DNA of 64,000 nucleotides. Origin: Toensbergia leucococca (Eukaryota). Positions 48,416 to 60,559 of the stretch are shown piece by piece. The translations under genes and the position numbers were made by a program. Under the pieces are notes generated by a model. That model was not told the DNA's origin. It was given only the letters and a program-made list of their open reading frames with translations, and ran no database searches. Every line of letters begins with the position of its first letter. Position 1 is the stretch's first letter. The stretch is taken from positions 124,001-188,000 of the forward strand of contig JALDZS010000001.1 in assembly GCA_022813965.1 (NCBI GenBank). The letters are read 5' to 3'.

Positions 48416-51351
48416 ATGGAGTTCAACAATGAGAATTCAGTATGATGAAGCGCTAGTACCCGGTCTCAGTACTGATCTCATTGCCTAGTTCCAATCCTAT
48501 CTCCCCCAACCCCGCAGAATTCAATCTCCTGACAAACTCTCGGAAATCTCACCATCCGCTAACAATGCACGTTCGATGAAGATGCTACCGCCCCCGGAAC
48601 GTAAAACGCTAGTTGCCCGTGCGGGCGAGCCAACAAGACCAACCTGCGCGCCTCCAAGCTCACGGAAACCCAATACTGCAGGCAGGGCTGCTTCAAATGC
48701 TGGCATTTCTCGCCAAACCTCTTTTTCATCTTCGACTTCTTCCTTACGGCCGCTTTCAGCATCCTCGGTGCGGAATGTCTCCAATGGCTCTTTTTCCAGT
48801 AGTACGGGATCTGGAAGTCGGCCGCCTTCAATGCAATCCCAACGATCCCAAACCGCTATGGCTGAATCTCGAATTCAAAAACCCATATTTCCCCTCGGGC
48901 GACCCTCCAGCTTGTCAAAGTCAGTAGTAAACACATGTAGTACAAAAAAGATGGCAGGAAACAGGAAGTGTATGCCCCCATTTCTTTCCAATTTCAGTCA
49001 ATCAGTGCAATCAGTGTCAACCAGAGAGAGCGATGATACCCTTGTGAATTCTAATTCCAAATGGGCGAGCAATCCAATCCCCGCGAGATCTCCACGTGAG
49101 GTTTCCCTGAGCACTGCTATGTCAGGTCTCATCCTCAATCCTCACACTCCGCTGCCTACTCCCATAGTAGAGTCCGAACTCCCTTTCACTCCGTCACGTA
49201 TACCCAGACACGTTCCCAGCGTTGTCTTCCCAGTGGAAACTCCTAGCCCATGCAGATCCCCCAAAAAAGCTCCCCATCAAGGATTCTTTCCGACCAAGGA
49301 GTCTAATTCTCGTTTTTTAGCGTGGGACGATAAAGGGCAATTCGAAGAGATGAAACATACGTGCCTTGTCGCCGAATCGAACATGAAGGCCGTCATAACG
49401 GAGAACAATGAATTGAAAGATATGATTGAGATACACAAAACAAGAAGTCTGTCAGCCCAACTCCCGTGTACTTGATTCTTGAGCTGATTTTCTCTGATAC
49501 TAGCCAATGAGTGTGAATCCATGCAGCTACAGTTATTGTCCGGTAATGCTTCGCTTCGAACGGAGCTTGATACAACCAAGGGAAAGCTCACGGCGTCCTT
49601 AAACGATCTAGAGGACGCTAGAAGAAAGCATCGCTTCGAGATTGAGGATATCAAAAGACACCACAGTCGCGAGCTTGATGAGGTCAATCATAATGCCCAG
49701 GAGGAGGCGCGTAACATTGGTAGGAAGCATTCAGATGAGAGTACTGAGTTGAGAAGGCAACTGGAGAATAAGCTAGAGGAGGAGAAAGCCCTTCGCCTTC
49801 AGGCTGTGCAGGTACTCAACAATGAGGGTGCACTAGCTCAGGAAAAAGCGGAAGTGGAGATGGATAGGAAGGACAAGGCACTTCGTGCGACGCAAGCAGA
49901 TCTCCACCAATCTAGATCAGATTTACTTCGGGAACAGAGTCTAAGTAATACTTTACGATCCAATTTGGCTGAGGCAGCAAGTAGTGCTATCTGTCTTGAG
50001 GCTTCCATGCGCAGCTTACGAGCCAAAATCGACTTTCTAGAATCAGATAACATGAGTCAATCGCAAGCATTTGCGGATCTCAATGGGAGACTCCAGGATG
50101 CCATCCAAAGCGAAATGAAAGCCAAGGAGAAGTTAAGGAGCGAAGAATCATTGCGTAGAAAACTACACAATCAAGTCCAGGAGCTGAAAGGCAATATAAG
50201 AGTCTTTTGCCGAGTTCGGCCTTCACTTGGCTCGGATCCTGCCAACGAAGCTGCACGCATCTCGTTCCCAGACGGAGAAGGAGACTCGAGGGAAGTTGAG
50301 GTACTTGGTCAAGAAGAAAAGAGCAGTCTAGGGAGCATCACAACTAAAACAAACGCCTTTGCCTTCGACCGTGTCTTCACGCCCACGTCGCAAAATGCAG
50401 ACGTTTTTGATGAAATCAGCCAGCTGGTCCAAAGCGCATTAGACGGCTACAACGTCTGTATCTTTTGCTATGGCCAGACTGGATCTGGTAAAACATTCAC
50501 CATGTCCGCTGATGATGGCATGATCCCTCGAGCAGTACACCAAATATATAATACAGCTCAATCTCTGGAGGAGAAGGGCTGGAAGTATTCAATGGAAGGG
50601 TCTTTTGTCGAAGTGTATAATGAGAATCTGAACGATCTCCTTGGCAAATCGGAAGAGTTCGACAAGAAGAAGCATGAGATTCGTCACGACATGCAAAAAT
50701 GTAAAACTACCATCACCGACATCACTACCGTGAACCTCGACACCCCAACGAAAGTCGAGTCGATTCTGCAACGTGCTACAGCGAATCGTTCCGTTGCTGC
50801 AACAAACGCCAACGAGCGGTCCTCACGCAGCCATTCCGTCTTTATCTTGAAACTCACTGGCGAAAATAGCGTCACGGGCGAGAAAAGTGAAGGAACATTG
50901 AATCTTGTGGATTTAGCTGGGAGCGAACGATTGAGCCACAGTAAAAGTACGGGCGACCGATTGAAAGAAACGCAGAACATCAACCGAAGCCTAAGCTGTC
51001 TAGGAGACGTGATAGGGGCGTTGGGACAGGGTAAGGAGGGTGGCCATGTGCCATATCGAAACAGCAAGGTAAACTATTGCATCTTGGTCAATCATGTCAA
51101 AAGTGCTAACCATTCTTACAGTTAACGTATCTACTGCAATTTTCTTTGGGCGGAAACTCGAAGACCCTGATGTTTGTAATGATTAGCCCTCTGCAAGGGC
51201 ATTTGAGCGAAACGTTGACAAGCTTGAAATTTGCAACTAAAGTGAGATGCAAAACTGGCCTCGTTCTGGAGCGCAGACTGACTGTATGGATTAGGTACAC
51301 AATACACATATCGGGACAGCGAGGAGGCAGGCGAAAGTGCGAGACTCGTGA
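48416..51351 (+). CDS. KAR3: Kinesin-14 (Kar3/KlpA), C-terminal motor, multi-exon
   Basis: [23 protein letters not shown] neck, [25 protein letters not shown] and [14 protein letters not shown]; last exon [18 protein letters not shown]. Confidence 0.95.
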
Positions 51352-51738
51352 AAGCCGTGTGAGGTTGACACGGGCAGTAGATGCAGGGACTGGCGGCTGC
51401 TTTGAGGGAGGCGTTATCATTCTGGTGGAACTGGGAATGCAATTGGATTGATCTTGCGGGGGCGTACAGCAATTATGTATGTGACTGGGGCTATGCAAAT
51501 CGGCAGGCTGTCACCAGTGATCAAGCATATGTGTATCACCAATGCAGAAGGCGTTATGCTGAAGTGTCCAGTCCAGCCTCCAGACTCTCTACCAGCCAGC
51601 GACTTCGAACCTCCATTGTCCCATGCTTTAAACAGCTGAATGCTGACGTGAAATTTATTAGGTAGCGCGTGCCGAAACACCTGGCAGTCGGGACTCCGAG
51701 TATTGGCGGGAAGCGGGGACGCTCGAACACGGAACACG

Positions 51739-53625
51739 ATGATTTTCGGCAAATCAAAGCGAACGTCAAGTACCACCAAAGCACCGTCAGAACCCAATCT
51801 TTCAACCTCACCGCCAGCAGCCTTCAAGCCGTGTCATAGTCAACCATATCTTTGTGTCCGGCCTTTGCAGCGTTTCAATGGGTCCGGGGAATCATGGATT
51901 GAAGAACCGATAAATGGCCAATCGTGCACCGAGCTATCTCGGACAAGTCCAAGTTCGTCGCAATATACCATCGCTGGCCCTGGCCAATGGCATCAAGAGA
52001 ACATCAATGATTCAAATGTTCGAGGGACCACTCTATGCGACTTGATATCGTCAAAACTAGATGCTGTCATTACTTCAATCGATTCGGAAATCTTTAGTGG
52101 AGATGAGCGGGAACTTGGTATGTAGCATATTTCATGCTGAAGGTCTTAGGCCTGGCTGGTGATGTATTGGATTTGTTGCTGGCGAGCCCGTGTCTGTCGT
52201 CAAGGGTGGAACAACGGATTGAGCAGGTATTGATGTTTACACAACTAATGAATTTGTAGTTGTTTACGAAAGCCCCCAAACCCTCCTTCGTGGTGGCTGG
52301 GGAAGCAGGCAAGTCTCTCGAGGGACCAACAGAGCAGTATCCTCAGCCGTCACAAGTACGAATTATTTCACGAAGGCCAATTTCTATGCCAACTCCAGGC
52401 TACCTCCCAATCTTCCAACACTTAGGCTGTAAGTTGAAGAATCCCGAGATCCTTGACGAATGCTGATAGCTTGTTGCAAAGTTACCTTCCATCTTACCCC
52501 CTTATATGCCTTGCTGCGCAATACTCTCAGCGGGTCTACACAAGACCCACCGGCAAAGAACGTGAAGCGCACGTAGATGCCGATTGGCGCGTGGGCACAA
52601 AAGCAATGGTCATCAAGTCCGTTCCAGTTGATGACATGGAGACTATTGTTTTTGCCATTCGTGGATCGCAAACTTTCATGGATTGGGCTGTGAATCTCAA
52701 TTCGGCTCCTGTTTCTCCTGTTGACTTTTTGGTAAGATCTATTTGACTCTATGCCCTGTTTTCGGATTTGGGCTATCGTTTACGATTCAAAGGACGATCC
52801 TGGCAATCTCTGCCATTCTGGCTTCTTATCGGTAGCCCGCAAGATGAAGCAGCCAGTTGCAGCTCGCTTGAGGGCTCTACTAGAGGAAGACCCATCCCGT
52901 AGCAATTGCTCCCTGCTCATAACAGGTCATTCTGCCGGTGGTGCAGTCGCCAGTCTACTCTACGCACATATGCTAGCCGAGGGGATAAAGTCGGAGCTCA
53001 ATGTTTTGACTGGCTGTGGGTAGCCCCTGTCTTATGCAGCTCTCTCCTGCTGCAACCGAGTGCTAATTTCTGCGTAGGCTTCAAACGCATTCACTGCCTC
53101 ACGTTCGGCACGCCGCCCATCTCCCTACTTCCCCTGAATAAACCCTCTGACCCACGATTTCGCAAGTCTCTTTTTCTCTCGTTCATCAATGAGGGTGACC
53201 CCGTTCCTCGGGCGGATAAAGCGTATGTGCGATCCTTACTGGATCTTTACACATCTCCTTCCCCTGGCTCAAGCTGTCTTGGGATATCACGGCCTTCGAT
53301 GCCTCAAGGCAAGTCAGGACTCAGGCCAGCGAAAAGGCCGAAGGCAAAGCGGGCAATCAGCGCACCAGCTGCTCCAATGTCAACGCAGACATGGGTCTGG
53401 AAGGTCCCTCCTTGTACGTTATCAAATGCAGGACGATTGGTCGTACTTAGGGCAGGTCCGAATGGCAATGCAAGGACAGATGAGGACGTCAGGGCCGAAG
53501 TTACATGCGATCAGGAGCTGAGAGCTGTGGTATTCGGCGACCCTGTGATGCATATGATGAGGCTTTATGCAAGGAGGGTGGAATTGCTTGCGACCAAAGC
53601 TGTTACTGCAAAGATATTTGGGTGA
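51739..53625 (+). CDS. Lipase class 3 family protein, multi-exon
   Basis: IVFAIRGS, CHSGF, the ITGHSAGGAVASL nucleophile elbow, TFGTPP and NEGDPVPR. Confidence 0.88.
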
Positions 53626-54334
53626 TGATGGCGGCAACGACACTGAAGCGAATGATTGGTTCAGGGCTTATGACTCTCGGGTGTACTCGATATCTCGGAG
53701 AACACTGAATGGGAGTGGCGATACCTTGCAGGGGTTTTGCTAGGTAATCTTCATCCCTGTCGCGCAGGTCGCGGACTTTTCCATTGAGGTTCATAATTTA
53801 CAAAGGCTGCCAATACACTGAAATACATTTTTGACACTTTCCCCCTCCCCCTGGTCTTCACACCGCTAGGGAAGATCCCGATTTTGCTTCCACTATGAAT
53901 GGTTTTTTTGCGTGTCATTTACCTCTGTTGCACTAAAACCCTGCTACAATCAAAGGTCTGAAATAGTCCACCATTCACCCAACTTGTGATTTGATTTCAG
54001 CTCAAACACTGCAGCAGAAATGAGACAAGAGAACCTGTTACTATGTCCCATGACCCTCAAAAATGCCAAACACTAACTCCTCGCACGACCCAACATTTCT
54101 CCATACCTGATCCAGCCCATACAACATCTCATAACCGTATAAGAAAAGCAGTATAGTAGAAACTTAGACCAACGCTGGAAACGCCTCCCAACCATGACGT
54201 ACCCAATGCAGGAATACAAAAGTAGTAAAAAAAAGGGGGGGTATAAATAATGATACAACAAAAGTCTCTCTCTCTCCGCCACGCGAAAGGTATATAAAAT
54301 CTCTCAGCATCTCGAAAGGTGAATAAGCGAACCA

Positions 54335-56452
54335 TCACATTTCGTCCTCGCTACGTCTCAGCGGACCCTCGACCTCAACACCACCACTTACCCAAGGCCT
54401 CGCTTCCACCTTCTCCAATCCCCATCGACTTCTTGATCTCGTCAACAAACCCTCAACAATCTCCCTCCCGCCTTCCAACTCGCTTTCTTTTGACACATCC
54501 CACTCGCCCTCCTCGTCCGCCCACTTCACCCAGTTCCACTCGCACCGCGCAATGCGATGGCTGGTGGGACTCTGTCTCCTCCGCCCCGGTGTGGGATCAA
54601 ATGGCAATTTCCCTTCCATGAGAGAGTACAGAAGGACACCGAGCGCCCATGCGTCAGTAGCACGCCCGTCGTATTCTTGGCCCATCAGCAGCTCGGGAGC
54701 GGCGTAGTCCTCACTGCCGCAGCGGGTATCAAGGAGGGGTGAATCAGGTGGTTTGGGAATCCAGCGTCCGAGGCCCAGGTCAGTGAGAGTGACTATAGGG
54801 TAAGGATAAGTTTGGAAGTTGGGGATTGTAGCAAGTACCGAGGACGGGATATTGACAAGGACATCTAACGACAGTTTGTCAGCACAAGAGTCACCAAAGA
54901 AAAAATTGGTGCTACAATCACGGAGAGGCATACTCTCAAGCTTGATGTCACGGTGCACGATGTACTGCAAATGCAAGTATCGTACCGCCGCAACCAATTC
55001 TGCGAAAATACGGCGGATTAAACTTGGCACAAGGACATGAAGCTTGAAACTCGCAAGTTCGAAGAGATCTCCTCCAGGGCAATAATTAAGTACCAGGAAC
55101 GCGCGTTGGTTGAGAACATTGACTGCTTTGAGATGCACCAAGCATGGATGATGTATCGACTTCAGGATTTCCAATTCCCGCTTCAATGAAGATTCCACCT
55201 TTTTCTCATCTGCACCTCCTGCAGGTCCATGTTCACAGATTTTCACGGCCACCAAGGTCTTTGGGTCTAGGTTTTCTTCATTGTTACTAATAGAGAGATC
55301 GTCACTAGATTGATCTGTAGAGCTTTTGCTCTCTAGCCCATCTGTCGTGGCAAGCATCACAGTGCTAAAAGTGCCCTTGCCTAGTTGTCGAACTGCTCTC
55401 CATTTTCGCAGACCTCCTCCTTGAACCAGATGAGCCTCATAGCGCAGCGGTAATATCTCCTTAAGAACAGGGGGGCTCAGTGGTGGACTCTCCAATTCAC
55501 TACTAGTACTGTCCGCACCACTTTGATTGCTTCTCGGCGGAGTTGGTGGCCGCGGGGTAGATGCAGTCAGGCCACGTTGTATAGCTAAGTATTGTTCACG
55601 ATGCAAATGCTGATTTGGGGCTGCAAGAGGTTTTGTGCTTGGTGGAGCGCCTGAGCCAGAGACTGCAATGTTGCGAGGTCGAGACAATTGGGACAAATCT
55701 GGCACGTACTCGCTGATACTCCGGTTCCTCGCATAATTTGACGCGTTCATTTCGCTGATCTGTTGTTCATACCCTTGTGTACCATTTCCATCCGATACTA
55801 TGCCCAGGAGACCTTTGCGCTTCTTAGGAGAGCCTCTCACAAATGCTATGGGCTCCGAATAGGAACCATTGGGTGTATATACTGCTTGCGAATCCGGCGC
55901 AGATACCTCGGACTCTGTTGTATCTGTAGTTCTTGGCCAAAGCTCCGAAGACTCTCCGATTGTAATCGGAGAGGGCAACGGACTCATGTCAACGCACAGG
56001 CCGAGATTTGGCGAGGAGAGCGCCGAGCCTGGGGACAGAGAGCCAGTGGTACGCTGCGTTGCAGAGAGTGCCGACTTCACGCTGGCGCTGCGGACAGGAA
56101 AAGTGGTGGTGGAGGAGACCTGTCGCAGGCTTCTTTCAACAGCCATTTCTTGAATTAAGAGATCTGTTTGGACTCGCAGACTTGCGCTCAGCGGACTATG
56201 TGAATGGTGTACTATCGAAGGAAGCCCTTGCGAGAAAGCGGTGTCGACAGGATGGAGCGAGGCATTGTATTGGAAACTTGCGAGATTGGCCTTTGCCAAC
56301 TGTTGATGATCGACAGAGTTATCTTGTATGATGACTCTACTGGAAGAAGTATCTGGCGAGTCTGGAGCGTTTGTTGTGATCTCACTACTGGTTGATTGCG
56401 AGGGCAATTGGGAAGCGACAGATGAAGCCATTGGACGCTCAAGATTACTCAT
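54335..56452 (-). CDS. Ser/Thr protein kinase (Prr1/Ppk27-like, CAMK group)
   Basis: LGKGTFSTV, VAVK, HRDIKLE|NVL after removing a 69-nt intron (54933-54865), DLG, CGSEDYAAPEL and DAWALGV. Confidence 0.9.
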   Translation of the reverse strand: MSNLERPMASSVASQLPSQSTSSEITTNAPDSPDTSSSRVIIQDNSVDHQQLAKANLASFQYNASLHPVDTAFSQGLPSIVHHSHSPLSASLRVQTDLLIQEMAVERSLRQVSSTTTFPVRSASVKSALSATQRTTGSLSPGSALSSPNLGLCVDMSPLPSPITIGESSELWPRTTDTTESEVSAPDSQAVYTPNGSYSEPIAFVRGSPKKRKGLLGIVSDGNGTQGYEQQISEMNASNYARNRSISEYVPDLSQLSRPRNIAVSGSGAPPSTKPLAAPNQHLHREQYLAIQRGLTASTPRPPTPPRSNQSGADSTSSELESPPLSPPVLKEILPLRYEAHLVQGGGLRKWRAVRQLGKGTFSTVMLATTDGLESKSSTDQSSDDLSISNNEENLDPKTLVAVKICEHGPAGGADEKKVESSLKRELEILKSIHHPCLVHLKAVNVLNQRAFLVLNYCPGGDLFELASFKLHVLVPSLIRRIFAELVAAVRYLHLQYIVHRDIKLESMPLRDCSTNFFFGDSCADKLSLDVLVNIPSSVLATIPNFQTYPYPIVTLTDLGLGRWIPKPPDSPLLDTRCGSEDYAAPELLMGQEYDGRATDAWALGVLLYSLMEGKLPFDPTPGRRRQSPTSHRIARCEWNWVKWADEEGEWDVSKESELEGGREIVEGLLTRSRSRWGLEKVEARPWVSGGVEVEGPLRRSEDEM

Positions 56453-57551
56453 AGCATCTCTTCAAGGGTTGTGGTAGTCGCAACGATGTTAAAAGACGTT
56501 AGCTCATTCCCGGCGTAGGTATAGAAGTAGTAGGAAGTAGTCAGTCAATCGATAGATGCCTAGGTGGGGCTAGAATTAGAGCCCGTAGGCTGGCACAAGT
56601 AGAATAGAAGTAAGAGTAGCGGTAGCATAGCCCCCACGCCCGTGGCCCCCTACATAAATGCATATGACTACCCTCGCTTCCTCAGCTAGGTACTAGAATA
56701 GCCAGTGTGTGTGCCCAATGCCAAGTATTCCAAACCTTTGTGCATGCGCTAATAAGAATGAGAAATAGGTACTAGAATATGAGTGCTACCAAGGCAAAAG
56801 GGCACAAGGGGTCCGACATGGCCACCACTCTCGCTCTCAGGCAATACAGCAACGCCCTACATAGTTATTCAATCAATAGGACTTACCATTACTTTGACCA
56901 GGAGATCAAATCCTCAGTCAGAGTCCAGTATCAGAGACCCCTAGATGAAGTCCGCGCCCCAAGAGACTTCTTCGACGGTCGGGGACCATCAACTACTATT
57001 TTGAAAAGTATGAGCCCCCCAACAGCGGTAGAACTGGTCATCCATACGCACCTGCCCACAAGCAACCTACGTCTCTTCTCGCATTCCACTCATCATCAAG
57101 GAAAAGCAGCTTCTGTTGACGGCATCTTGCAACAGACATGATAGCTCCGAAAATTGGGGCTGCTGATCTGACAAGGGGCAATGGATCGATGGCGTAAGAT
57201 GTGTCAAACCCTTAGATGAGATGAACTTGAATTTTGACGCTGATGTCAATTGCAATTGGACTTGTCCATCCGACCAACTCGACCTACATACATGCCTGCA
57301 TTGGAAATTTTAATTAAAGTCGATGGCTGGGGTTTTGAGGACGGCATCGACTATTTTTCCTCACGGCTTAAGAGAGCAGGTTTCACTCGCAAGCCTATCA
57401 TTTCCGCTTGACATTGCCCAAAGAACCAAAAAGACTTGCTCAATACCAAGCTTCAGACTCGCTGATATAGGTTGATGCCTTAAATGCCAAATATCTTCCC
57501 CTCTCTCACTTACTCGCTCACACACTGATAGTTCCCACTACCCATATCTGG

Positions 57552-59658
57552 TTACGCAAGTTCATGATCTGTGACCTGCCTTTTACTCTCTCGATTGCGC
57601 AATTCATCTTTGATTTCTGGTTGGACTTCCGATTGGCATTCGGAAGATTGCGGCTTCTCATCTAGGTGCTCGAATGAGATCTTTCGTAAAGGTCCCTTTC
57701 GCCGAATCGGTGGTTTGTCGAAGTGGACAATGAGCTGTGGCTTCGGCGTGTCTCTTTTCCACATAAAGTAGTACTTGATGACGTATACGAGTTGCTGCCG
57801 GCCGTAACGCATGTGTATCTTTGTGGGTATGCTGAAAGTCGAGTCAAGCTCTTCTAGCGTAAGTCCTACATTTGAGATCAGCATAGTCATACGGCACGAA
57901 TCTTGGATCAGACAAACCTTTGGTTTCAGGTACAAATAATAGAATCAAGAAGAAGCCCACGAAACACCAGATTGCGTAGTAGACGAAGGTGCCTGTATGA
58001 GTGATATGTTTCCAAAAGGGCGGAAATGTGATGGAGAGCACAAAAGTAAATAGCCAATTCGTGGCTATAGCGATGGACATCCCTAATGCGCGAACATATA
58101 GCGGCATGCTTTCAGCGCTGTATACATAGGGCACTGGTCCTTCTCCAAGGCTATAAGCAATATCAAACAAATAAATTCCCAACGTCACCAGAACTTTCCT
58201 TTTACGACCCGAGGAGAGAAACGCCAAACCCGTCAGGAGGTGGAACATGCCCATGAGTGGGAATGTGGCAAGCAAAAGCGAACGACGGCCAAAGGTGTCA
58301 ATCAGGTAAATTGCTGGAATGGCAAAAACGAAGTTTAGGATACCAAAACCCATGCTTGCCTCGAGAGCGCTCGTTTCTATGGGAGCAGCCGTGGGAAGGT
58401 TGGGCTCTCTCGAATATCCAGCGTATCCGAAAACGAGCGTGGAGTAATACGCCAGAACATTGACACCACAGAATTGCTGGAAGAAGGTGCATATGACGCT
58501 TGCGATCAAAGCTGTCCGATTTCGCGGGACACTCCACAATTCGAAGAAGCGATTATGATTCTCTGTATAGCTCTCCTCGTTCTCCAACTGGTGATAAATT
58601 AGAAATAGGTCGCGAGCTGCCTGAACCTTTGTTCTGCGAAGCCGAGACAGCGATTCTATGGCCTTCTCAAAGAATCGTGTTCTGCTGGGTCTTTTCTCAC
58701 GAGCTTTGGCGAGTAGCCACCTTGGCGATTCTGGCAGACAGTAAACGTACCCACAGACGATGAGCGGCAAGATCGCTGGACTCCCAATGATCAGTCGCCA
58801 GCGAATTCCATTTGTCAGCGAAATATTGGAAAGAACCACTCCTGCGATGAAGCCTAACAGAATTCCAAAGGCCGTCCACATCTGCCACATCATCACGAGT
58901 GCACCACGAATCTTCTTTGGAGCACATTCCGAGGCATAAATTGGCGCCGTCACGCTTTTGGGCCCGATGCCTAGTCCCAGTAGGAACCTGGCGAGGAACA
59001 ATTGCAACCAGCTATAAGCGAATGCTTGCCAAATACAACTGCCCGCAGATATTAAACATGCAACAAAGAGAACACCACGTCTACCCAGGTAGTGATTCAG
59101 GGGATCACTAATCCAGCATCCCACCAGAGCTGCACCCAAATATGGCGCGGAGTTGATAAGACCAAGTAGTGGTCCAGGGCCAGGGCCTTTGTCGTACCAG
59201 GCCAAATTAAATTGCTGGCTGCTGCTGTAATAAACTTGAGCTTGATTGGCGGCGGCCTCATCCCAACCTTGTACGGCTGCTCCGAGAGAGCAGCAAGCCA
59301 CCAGGGCAAAAAGAATGAAGGGTTGGTCCAACTTCTGCCTCCATCCATCCGAGGCTTCAATCTCTAGGGCGTGAATCTCTTCAGGCCAGAGGAGCTGCTT
59401 ACTCCGATGCTGTTCTTTGAAGTCTTCCCCAAATGCCTTTGGGTCTTGTGCCAAAAGAGCACCTTTTCGAACGTATGGATGCCAATCTCGATGTAGCTTA
59501 GTAATGTTGAGAAACTCAGTGACAAGACGGTCCAGGTCAGCATAGCTTTTGTTGTGGAAAGGGTTGATCCATTTCTGATTGACAACGAAACCTCGATATC
59601 CTTCGGTTACAGCTTCCTCGTCAGTGTGAACGCTATCTACTGCAAACTCATTGCCCAT
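57552..59658 (-). CDS. MFS sugar porter (sugar/polyol/inositol transporter), 2 exons
   Basis: AVQGWD, LGRRG, YASECAPKKIRG, PESPRWL, QQFCGVN, DTFGRR and PETKG|LTLEELD. Confidence 0.93.
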
Positions 59659-60559
59659 AGTGAAGAACAAGGACTGAAAAGGCCGAGATTGGGACGCTGC
59701 TCGCTCGTATCCTTGGCTGTTGATGCAAAGACAAGGAATGGGCAGAGTATCTCAGATAATAAAAGAAGACGAAGACCTTGAAAAGACATGTTTTGATAGT
59801 ATTTTGTCATTTAAGATGTGCAATGGGAGCCTTGGATGGAGTGGAGCACTCTCAGAGTGCTTGCATATGGTAGTGTATCAATCAATCGAGGGAGGCACTG
59901 GAGGCGAGGGAGGGTAGTAGCACAACGGGCTGTGTCTATGCAGTCGATAATCAGCGCAAGGCAGACGAGCGCAATTCATGGAGATGTATGCCATAAATGC
60001 ATATTGACGGCAAAAAAACAAGAAATTGACATTGTGAGTGGATGGCGAAGAGACGTCCCGGCATGAATTACGCCCAGTTTGTGTGGCACAGCCTCTCTTT
60101 TGTCTCGCGTTGCTAATAAAGTCTATTTAAGCAGGGGGGTCTGCTTTATGGAGACAACCTCTTTTTTATTATAACCCCACCACCAGCCCCAATCGCCGTG
60201 TCGCCCTACCGCAAAGATGCATTTTCCCACCACATCGTCCTATTCCACCTCAGGACACTACCCTCAGCCTCGACGGCACGGCATGTCGCAAGCCATCTGG
60301 ACGGCGTAAGCGTCGATCAGATGTTTGGGAGTGAATCGAGATGCCTGCCATCCAGGTTCATTGCCTGGTGCCACCCAAAATGAAGATATGAAGTTCATCA
60401 TGGCTGATTGCGTGCTGATATTGCATGCTTGCACGCCATACTGTGGTGGTCTATGCTTCCAGTCATCAAGCTACAACGGACGACGCATTGACTAGGTAGA
60501 CAAGACCACCAAAGCAGCATTACTGGATTCAGGAAATCTCCGATTGAGACTTCTTCATT

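Noticed and set aside
56779..57420. 120-aa ORF and coding-like fragments between the kinase and the sugar porter
   Set aside because: No recognisable family or coherent gene model.
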